Positions 1 through 6,444 of a stretch of DNA of 15,956 nt are shown in pieces; within the stretch, counting starts at the first letter, position 1, and every line of letters starts with the position of its first letter. The position numbers and the translations under genes were made by a program. This DNA comes from a bacterium. GTDB lineage: Bacteria > Sysuimicrobiota > Sysuimicrobiia > Sysuimicrobiales > Humicultoraceae. Under the pieces are notes generated by a model. It saw only the letters and a program-made list of their open reading frames with translations, was not told the origin of the DNA and made no database searches. The stretch is taken from assembly GCA_041497675.1 (NCBI GenBank), contig JBGQGY010000091.1:1-15956 (forward strand), in the 5' to 3' direction.

Positions 1-185
1 GCGGTGAAAGGGCGCGGCGGCGTCCCGGTGGTCGAGGTGATCCACAGGTTCCCCCGGAATTCATTGCTGCTCTCATCCAGCCGGGCGAGAACGTAGAGAA
101 CGCGGCCGCCGTCGGGCGACAGCGCGGCGTCGTGTGGAAATCGAATCTTGAGGAGGTCTTCGAGCGCGATCGACCGGCGATCCAT
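1..185 (-). CDS. S9-family (prolyl oligopeptidase/acylaminoacyl peptidase-like) peptidase, N-terminal part, truncated by the window edge
   Basis: Not in the ORF track. Manual translation from ATG at 185 gives MDRRSIALEDLLKIRFPHDAALSPDGGRVLYVLARLDESSNEFRGNLWITSTTGTPPRPFT. The SD GGAGGA lies at 197-192. It aligns by eye with the N-terminus of the S9 peptidase at 6445-8541 (EDLL, SPDG/APDG, W, R.FT). The catalytic domain lies outside the window. Confidence 0.85.
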   Translation of the reverse strand, partial: MDRRSIALEDLLKIRFPHDAALSPDGGRVLYVLARLDESSNEFRGNLWITSTTGTPPRPFT

Positions 186-234
186 CAGATGTCCTCCAGC
201 TAAAGAGGTGCGCAAGAGCGCGGATGCATGTTAC

Positions 235-262
235 GTTCTTGAGGAACCGCCCGGACCCCTGG
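235..262 (-). promoter_or_regulatory. Putative SigH-like promoter (CCAGGG-N18-GAAC) for the partial S9 peptidase
   Basis: Minus strand reads CCAGGG gtccgggcggttcctcaa GAAC. The same geometry recurs in three other intergenic regions. Confidence 0.45.
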
Positions 263-289
263 CGATGACCGACTTTTCGGGAGGACGAT

Positions 290-886
290 GTGACTGCGCG
301 CGGAGATGGAACGAACCGGTGTGGCTGGAGCACCTCGAATCCCCTGATGGTCGCGTATCACGACCGCGAGTGGGGCGTCCCGCTTCACAACGACGGGAAA
401 CTGTTCGAGTTGCTGGCGTTGGAGGCCATGCAGGCGGGGTTGTCTTGGAATGTGGTGCTGCAGAAACGCGACAATTTCCGCGGCGCGTTCCACGCCTTCG
501 ACCCCGAGCGCGTCGCGCGCTACACGGAGCGCGACATTCGCCGGCTCCTGGATGATGCCGGCATCATCCGGAACCGGTTGAAGATTGCGGCGACAATTGC
601 CAACGCGCGTCTCTTTCTGGAGACGCGCGAGGCCAGTAGGACGTTTGATCGATACATCTGGCAGTTCGTCGGCGGGAAGCCGCTCGTCAACCGCTTCCGG
701 CGTCTTTCCCAGGTCCCCGCGCGCACCAAAGAGTCGGACGCGATGAGCCACGACCTGCGACAGCGCGGCTTCAAGTTCGTCGGATCGACTATCTGCTACG
801 CCTTCATGCAGAGCGCGGGTATGGTCAACGATCACCTGGTTGACTGTTTCCGCCACCGCGAGTGTCAGCGGCGGCCCGCGCGCTGA
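290..886 (+). CDS. tag: DNA-3-methyladenine glycosylase I
   Basis: Motifs RCGW, YHDREWG, LFELLALEAMQAGLSW, IIRNRLKI, GFKFVG, NDHLVDC (Cys/His Zn ligands present). SD GGAGGA precedes GTG at 290. Confidence 0.96.
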   Translation: MTARGDGTNRCGWSTSNPLMVAYHDREWGVPLHNDGKLFELLALEAMQAGLSWNVVLQKRDNFRGAFHAFDPERVARYTERDIRRLLDDAGIIRNRLKIAATIANARLFLETREASRTFDRYIWQFVGGKPLVNRFRRLSQVPARTKESDAMSHDLRQRGFKFVGSTICYAFMQSAGMVNDHLVDCFRHRECQRRPAR

Positions 887-897
887 GTTGCAGTCTC

Positions 898-926
898 TTG
901 AAGCCGCGCGTGCTGCGCGGTAAGGT
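898..926 (+). promoter_or_regulatory. Putative sigma70 promoter (TTGAAG-N17-TAAGGT), probably leaderless transcript
   Basis: TTGAAG at 898-903, a 17-nt spacer, TAAGGT at 921-926, and ATG 6 nt later at 933. Confidence 0.55.
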
Positions 927-932
927 AGGGTT

Positions 933-2012
933 ATGACACCTGCCGTGGCGACCCGTCCGTCCGTTGATTTGCGCGACACGCCGATCGTCACTATCGACCT
1001 GGACATCATGGAGGCCAACATCCAGCGCCTCCAGGAATACTGCGATGCGCATCACATTGGCAACCGTCCGCACATCAAGACGCACAAGATCCCGGCCATT
1101 GCCCGACAGCAGGTGGCCGCCGGCGCCCTCGGCGTCACCTGTCAGAAGCTCGGCGAGGCGCAGGTCATGCTCGACGCCGGCGTCACCAACATCCTGGTCA
1201 CGTTCAACGTCCTGGGTGAAGCGAAGCTCGAACGGTTACGGGCGCTGACGCGGCGGCCAGGCGCGCGGATCAGCGTCGTGTGCGACAACGCGACTGCGGC
1301 ACGGCAACTCTCATCGGCGTTCGCCGAGGCGCCCACGCCCCTCCCCGTGCTCGTCGAGTGCGACACCGGGATGGGACGCAACGGCGTGCAGACACCGGCC
1401 GAAGCCCTCGAGCTGGCGCGCGTGATCGCCGGTCTGCCGGGGCTCCGATTCGAGGGGCTGATGACCTATCCCATCCTCGAAGGCACCCGGCCATTTTTTG
1501 AAGCCACGCTTGCCAACCTGGAGAAGGCCGGCCTGCGTGCGACGGTCGTTTCGACGGGTGGCACTCCAGCCTACCGGCAGGCGCACGAGTGTACGGGCAT
1601 CACCGAGCATCGCGCCGGCACCTATGTGTTCAACGACCGGGGTACCGTCGAGCGCGGCGCGGCGGGATGGGATGACTGCGCGATGCGCGTCCGCACGACG
1701 GTGGTCAGCCGCCCCACGGCCACGCGGGCCATCATCGACTCCGGTTCGAAGACGCTGTCCTCGGACCTCTTTACGCTCACGGGCCACGGCCGCGTCGTCG
1801 AGTATCCGGAAGCGGTCATCTATCAGTTGAATGAAGAGCACGGCTACGTCGATCTGACGAAGTGCGCTAAGCGGCCAGAGGTCGGAGAAATCCTCTCGGT
1901 GATCCCCAACCACACCTGCGTGGTAACCAACCTGCACGAGCAGTTGATCGGTGTGCGGCGCGGCCGGGTCGAAGTCGTGTGGGACGTCGCGGCGCGAGGT
2001 CTGGTGCGCTAG
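933..2012 (+). CDS. D-threonine aldolase / D-serine dehydratase (DSD1)-like fold-type III PLP enzyme
   Basis: RPHIKTHK (PLP lysine), VECDTGMGRNG, HRAGTYVFND, DSGSKTLSSD, EEHG, PNHTC (His/Cys metal ligands). Substrate cannot be assigned from sequence. Confidence 0.9.
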   Translation: MTPAVATRPSVDLRDTPIVTIDLDIMEANIQRLQEYCDAHHIGNRPHIKTHKIPAIARQQVAAGALGVTCQKLGEAQVMLDAGVTNILVTFNVLGEAKLERLRALTRRPGARISVVCDNATAARQLSSAFAEAPTPLPVLVECDTGMGRNGVQTPAEALELARVIAGLPGLRFEGLMTYPILEGTRPFFEATLANLEKAGLRATVVSTGGTPAYRQAHECTGITEHRAGTYVFNDRGTVERGAAGWDDCAMRVRTTVVSRPTATRAIIDSGSKTLSSDLFTLTGHGRVVEYPEAVIYQLNEEHGYVDLTKCAKRPEVGEILSVIPNHTCVVTNLHEQLIGVRRGRVEVVWDVAARGLVR

Positions 2013-3907
2013 CGCTTCTCCCGCTCGACCGTCACCACGATCCCCAGATGGTCCGATGCCTGCCCGGGCATGATGCGGAAGTTGCGCGCCAGCAGATCCG
2101 GCGAGACCCAGATGTAGTCGATCCGCCGCTGCGGGTTGTCGGATGAGAACGTGAAGCCCGGACCGCTGCCGGCCAGCATGAACGCGTCTCGGAGACCGGC
2201 TGCGCGCAGCACCTCTATCTCCTGAGCCTCAGGCGTCGCGTTAAAGTCGCCCAAGACGACGGCGCTCTCGCGTTTCTTCCACAACTCGGCCAGTGTCGTG
2301 GCCTGCGGCACGCGGATATGGCTGTGGGCTTCGACGTGGTGGAAGTGCGTGGCGATCACCAGCAGCCGGTCACGGCCGCCGAGCTCGATCTCCACCGACA
2401 GCGCGCTGCGACGCATGGCCACGTCGCCGCGCGGCAGCTCGATCCGCTCGGACGCCACGATCGTCCGGCGCGACAGCACGGCGTTCCCCCATATGGCGTC
2501 GGCCGCGGGTCCCCACGCCACCCCCATCCGGAGGCGGCGCGACAACCAGGTGAGCATGTCCGTCGATCCGTTGATCACCCAGCCGCGGGACACTTCTTGC
2601 AGCGCGACCACCTCAGCGCCGGAATCTTCAATTGTGCGCGCCAGCGCCTCAAGGTCGAGGGCGCCGGATGTCGCGAAGCCCTGGTGCAGGTTGTAGGACA
2701 TGACACGGATTGGCCAGCCCGTCGCGGTCGGCGCCTGTGGCGGTCGCGAGACGGCCCAAAGCAGCAGCGGGATCACGAGCAACGCGCGGATCGGGCGGCT
2801 GACCGTGGGGCGGATCTCCGGCACACGCGGCCACGCGCGCAGCGCCGACACCGCGGCCAGGGCGGCGATCGTCGCGGCGATCGGCGCCAATAACGCATTC
2901 TCGAACGGCAGACGGAGATCGTACCCGACGTAGTACAAGAAGGCGGGGACGGCGAACAGGAGCATCCCCACACCCCACCCGATCGAGGTGCGTTTCACAC
3001 CTGCGCTGTGTGGGCCCTGACCCTGCGCCGCCGCGATCGCAAGCGTGACGATCGCGGACGTGACACTGCCGACCCCGATGGCGACGGCGCCTTCAAGATC
3101 TCCGCCGTGAGCCCTCGACGCGGCCAGGATCAACCCGAGGGCCGCCAGCAGCGCCAGACGATGCTGCCGCACGCTCGCGGCCGCAGCCACAGCCACGGCA
3201 TCCATGGCCAGGACCCACAGCAGACTCCCCGGCAGCGGCCATCCGGTCACGGCTGAGACCCGGGCGGTGTTTTGAAACAACAGCAGGTTTAGAAACAGCA
3301 GCGGTCCCAGACCGGCCAGTGCCAACGTCGAGTGCAGCGGGCCGTCGGTCTGTGCAGGATCAACCGTGTCCGCGCTGATCGCGCGGAGCAGCCGGGCATA
3401 GACCACGACGATGGCGAGGCTCACCGCGATCGCTACGGGCGTCCGCCGCCAGACGATGTCCCAAGTCGAGAACGCGCCGCTGACCGCGACATCGAGCGCC
3501 AACCCCAGCACGATACCGAATCCCACATGTGCGCCCGCTTCGGGGCCGCCACCGCGGGTCGCGGCGAAGAGCAACGGCATGTGCCACAGGAAGGCGATCG
3601 TTCCCAGCGTGATGAGCACAAACGACATTCCGGGCGCCACGACCGGCGCGAGCAGTCTCGCGAGTGCGAGGACGGCGGCTGTGACCTGCAGCGCTCGCGT
3701 GGTGCCCAGGATCCGGTGCGGGACCGCGACCAGGAACGCGGTGAGGAACACGCCGATCGCCAGCCGGCCCATGTCGACCGAACTGACGTCGGGTCTAGCC
3801 CCGTAGACGTAGACGACTTGAGGCAAAAAAGCCCGCAGGGTCTGCAGGCCCAGCAGGGTACTCAGCGCGGCGAAGAACGCGACGAGACGCGCCTGGGAGG
3901 CTGTCAT
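2009..3907 (-). CDS. Polytopic membrane protein with C-terminal endonuclease/exonuclease/phosphatase (EEP) domain
   Basis: About 390 aa of hydrophobic N-terminal region (roughly a dozen TM helices by eye), then an intact EEP motif set: SYNLHQG, ALQEV, GNAVLSR, ATHFHH, GDFN, IDYIW, SDH. Confidence 0.9.
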   Translation of the reverse strand: MTASQARLVAFFAALSTLLGLQTLRAFLPQVVYVYGARPDVSSVDMGRLAIGVFLTAFLVAVPHRILGTTRALQVTAAVLALARLLAPVVAPGMSFVLITLGTIAFLWHMPLLFAATRGGGPEAGAHVGFGIVLGLALDVAVSGAFSTWDIVWRRTPVAIAVSLAIVVVYARLLRAISADTVDPAQTDGPLHSTLALAGLGPLLFLNLLLFQNTARVSAVTGWPLPGSLLWVLAMDAVAVAAAASVRQHRLALLAALGLILAASRAHGGDLEGAVAIGVGSVTSAIVTLAIAAAQGQGPHSAGVKRTSIGWGVGMLLFAVPAFLYYVGYDLRLPFENALLAPIAATIAALAAVSALRAWPRVPEIRPTVSRPIRALLVIPLLLWAVSRPPQAPTATGWPIRVMSYNLHQGFATSGALDLEALARTIEDSGAEVVALQEVSRGWVINGSTDMLTWLSRRLRMGVAWGPAADAIWGNAVLSRRTIVASERIELPRGDVAMRRSALSVEIELGGRDRLLVIATHFHHVEAHSHIRVPQATTLAELWKKRESAVVLGDFNATPEAQEIEVLRAAGLRDAFMLAGSGPGFTFSSDNPQRRIDYIWVSPDLLARNFRIMPGQASDHLGIVVTVEREKR

Positions 3908-5872
3908 CTAGATCCCGATCAGTTCCTCCCACTGCGGCCGGTCGTAGAGCGGATCACCACCGCTGAATATCGACGCCGTGCTGGACGAGCGCATCGACGC
4001 GAACATCGACGATCTCAGCGTATACGGCGGCATGACGTCCGACGCCAGGCGCCAGTCGAAGCCCATGACGCGACCGTAGCCGGTTTCGGGGGCAAAACCC
4101 CCGAACGGGCCGAAGGTCTGCTGCAGCGTGCTGCCGAGGAAGTATACGTTCCCTCTTGCAGGCGGAACATTCCATCCTTCGACCCAGAACATGCCGTTGG
4201 GCACCATGACCGCTGCATCGATGTACACGTCGTTGGGTGTCAGCGCCCCGACAATCGTCACGTTGCCGTTCCGCGACCAGAGACCCAACACGTTCGTGGG
4301 ATTGTGCCCGGGCGCGGCCGGGGGTGTTTCGTAGATCAAGTGGTCGGTGATCCGGATCTCTCTGTCGGCCGCGAGGGTCAGGCGCGTGTTGCGATTGACC
4401 ATCCCATACAGCCCGGACGACCCCCCGGGGTCGGAGTCCGATGTAATCGATCCGTTGATGAACAGGACGCCGTTGAAGGTCAGTCCGACATAGCTCCTCG
4501 TCGACGCCCATCCCGCGCAGTCGCCCGTGCCGGGATCGGACCCCGACAGCATCCAGCACCGCTGGACGGTCCCGGTTGCGGGATCGACGATGATCTTCTG
4601 ATTGCGCTGGGCCGAATCCCACGACGTTCCTATCGTGAGCAGGATCACCTGCTTGCCGTTTTCCGAGCGCAGCACCATTTGCTGGACATCACCCTGGACA
4701 TAGATCCCGCACGACGAGGCCCCGCACGCATCCATCACGTAGACGCCGTCCCGTAGCGCACCGGCGGCATACGCGTCGTCATTGCTGGCACTGCGAACAT
4801 CGGCGCCCGCCGGGTCCGCACCCCCCAACGGCGTCATCCCGAGCGCCGCGCGCGCGGGGTTTGTGCCGTCCGAGGGGAGCGTGATCACGACGCCGCTGGT
4901 GACCGTGCTGTTGAACGTAGGAAGGTCGCAGCTCGGCCCCACGCGGAGGTACGAGTTTGGATCGCGCGGAGGCGTGGCCGTGTCGATAGGAATGTCGAGC
5001 CCCGCGCCGCACGCGTAGAAATGCATGCTGGGGTCGCCCTGCGTCACCGGGGCGTTGAATGTCGGATTGCCGGCAATGCGGATCTGCGAATTGGAGTGGA
5101 CCCGGCCGTTGAGGACCGCCCCAGTGGAAAACCAAACGGGCCCCACAGAGAGCGTCATCGCGGCATACCGAGACACGGGCTCGCGCTGGATCAGGATCGG
5201 GAAACCCGCGGTGCTACCATGCCATCCGCTCGCCGACACCCAGTCGGCGCACCGGTCGGCGCCCTGATTGTGCAGACACACGGTCTTGACGGCATTCGCG
5301 ACCCGCCCGGTGGACACGATGGCATAGTCAAACCACATGACGAACCGCGGGTCGTCGCCGGTCCCCACGCAGTCCTCGTCCAGTTCCGAACGCTCTGACC
5401 ACCGAATGTAGAGTGTGGCGTTGAAGGACGCGATCTCCGTCCCGGTCGACGAATCGGACATGACGATCGGCGAGGCCGCCGTTCCCAGGTCCAGAATGGC
5501 TGTCGTGCCCGACTGTCTCCAGTCGCTGCTGCCACCAGGATACCCGTAGTCGGTGAAGATGTTGATCCGTTGCCTGCCCAAGTGCGCCCTACAGATCGCG
5601 TGGAGATCCTCCGACGCGACGGTCGAACCTCCCACGTGCGCGGACAGATCAACCTCGACGCGGTGACGCAACTCGGCCAGCATCCGATAGGCGCCGCCCT
5701 CGGCCGCGGCCAACGCTTGCTGATTATGCAGGTTGCCGAAACTCATCGTGCTCTCGCCCATCGTCATGAACACCATGGCGCTCACGATCAAAGAGAGCAC
5801 CAGCAGCGCCAACATCACGGCAAGCAGCGCCACGCCTCGTTGCGAGCGGACGCTTCGTCGGAACCGAATCAT
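3908..5872 (-). CDS. Large PilX/GspK-type minor pilin-like protein, DUF4900-like (654 aa)
   Basis: Start re-assigned to ATG at 5872 (GAAGGGGG upstream, 11 nt after the pduO stop). Class III signal MIRFRRSVRSQRG|VALLAVMLALLVL with no Glu at +5; PilX-type QALAAAEGG; GRVHSN; C-terminal TGYGR...FDWRL...PPY pattern. Confidence 0.8.
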   Translation of the reverse strand: MIRFRRSVRSQRGVALLAVMLALLVLSLIVSAMVFMTMGESTMSFGNLHNQQALAAAEGGAYRMLAELRHRVEVDLSAHVGGSTVASEDLHAICRAHLGRQRINIFTDYGYPGGSSDWRQSGTTAILDLGTAASPIVMSDSSTGTEIASFNATLYIRWSERSELDEDCVGTGDDPRFVMWFDYAIVSTGRVANAVKTVCLHNQGADRCADWVSASGWHGSTAGFPILIQREPVSRYAAMTLSVGPVWFSTGAVLNGRVHSNSQIRIAGNPTFNAPVTQGDPSMHFYACGAGLDIPIDTATPPRDPNSYLRVGPSCDLPTFNSTVTSGVVITLPSDGTNPARAALGMTPLGGADPAGADVRSASNDDAYAAGALRDGVYVMDACGASSCGIYVQGDVQQMVLRSENGKQVILLTIGTSWDSAQRNQKIIVDPATGTVQRCWMLSGSDPGTGDCAGWASTRSYVGLTFNGVLFINGSITSDSDPGGSSGLYGMVNRNTRLTLAADREIRITDHLIYETPPAAPGHNPTNVLGLWSRNGNVTIVGALTPNDVYIDAAVMVPNGMFWVEGWNVPPARGNVYFLGSTLQQTFGPFGGFAPETGYGRVMGFDWRLASDVMPPYTLRSSMFASMRSSSTASIFSGGDPLYDRPQWEELIGI

Positions 5873-5883
5873 CTGGACCCCCT

Positions 5884-6417
5884 TCAACCCTTCCACAACA
5901 CGTCGGCAACGCCGGTGCGATGGTTCAACACACGTGCCAGCACGAACAAACAATCAGAAAGCCGGTTCAGATAGCGCAAGATCTCCGGATTGACCGGCGT
6001 CTGGCGCGCCAGGCTCACCGTGCGCCGTTCAGCCCGCCGGACCGTCGATCGGGCCAGATGGCACATCGCGGCCGGCACGCTCCCCCCGGGCAGAATGAAC
6101 TGACGCAACGGGGTCAATTCTTCCTCCCACCCGTCGATGAGACGCTCGAGTTCGTCGACCTGATCCGCGGTCACGGACGCGAAACGGGCAGCCCCGGGGC
6201 TCGCCAGTTCGGCGCCGATGTCAAAAAGGGTCCGCTGGATACCGGCGATGATTCCCGCGAATGCTGGATCCGCGTGCGCCGCGAGTGCGCCCAGCGCACT
6301 GTTGGCTTCGTCGATGGTGCCGTAGGCTTCGACCCTCGGATCGTCTTTCGCCACACGGACCCCACCGATGAGTCCCGTCTCCCCGGCGTCCCCGGTTTTC
6401 GTATAGATCTTCGGCAT
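5884..6417 (-). CDS. pduO: PduO-type ATP:cob(I)alamin adenosyltransferase
   Basis: KIYTKTGDAGET, EAYGTIDEANS, FILPGG, RRAERR, YLNRLSD. Confidence 0.95.
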   Translation of the reverse strand: MPKIYTKTGDAGETGLIGGVRVAKDDPRVEAYGTIDEANSALGALAAHADPAFAGIIAGIQRTLFDIGAELASPGAARFASVTADQVDELERLIDGWEEELTPLRQFILPGGSVPAAMCHLARSTVRRAERRTVSLARQTPVNPEILRYLNRLSDCLFVLARVLNHRTGVADVLWKG

Positions 6418-6444
6418 CGCATCGCCCCGCGGTCCGCCGCCGGC

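Noticed and set aside
261..285. GGCGATG followed by a small CCGA-CTTT-TCGG hairpin, resembling the start of a fluoride riboswitch
   Set aside because: The complementary CGCC and the downstream GCTGATG element are absent, and the downstream gene is tag.
3332..4756. Long alternative ORFs such as 3332..4756 (+), 200..1021 (-), 6221..7258 (-), 8581..9489 (+), 9120..10370 (+) and 10533..11405 (+)
   Set aside because: They overlap well-supported genes in other frames, are Arg/Pro-rich with no motifs, and are expected at high GC.
5873..5953. Upstream extensions given by the track for the pilin, metallophosphoesterase, CcmH, TPR, NUDIX and 13637 ORFs
   Set aside because: They overlap neighbouring genes. 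Downstream starts with SD sites or ATGA/GTGA coupling fit better.
5884..6444. Cobalamin regulon linking pduO with the MetE-like gene
   Set aside because: The genes are over 8 kb apart in different units, and the 27-nt gap before pduO cannot hold a cobalamin riboswitch.
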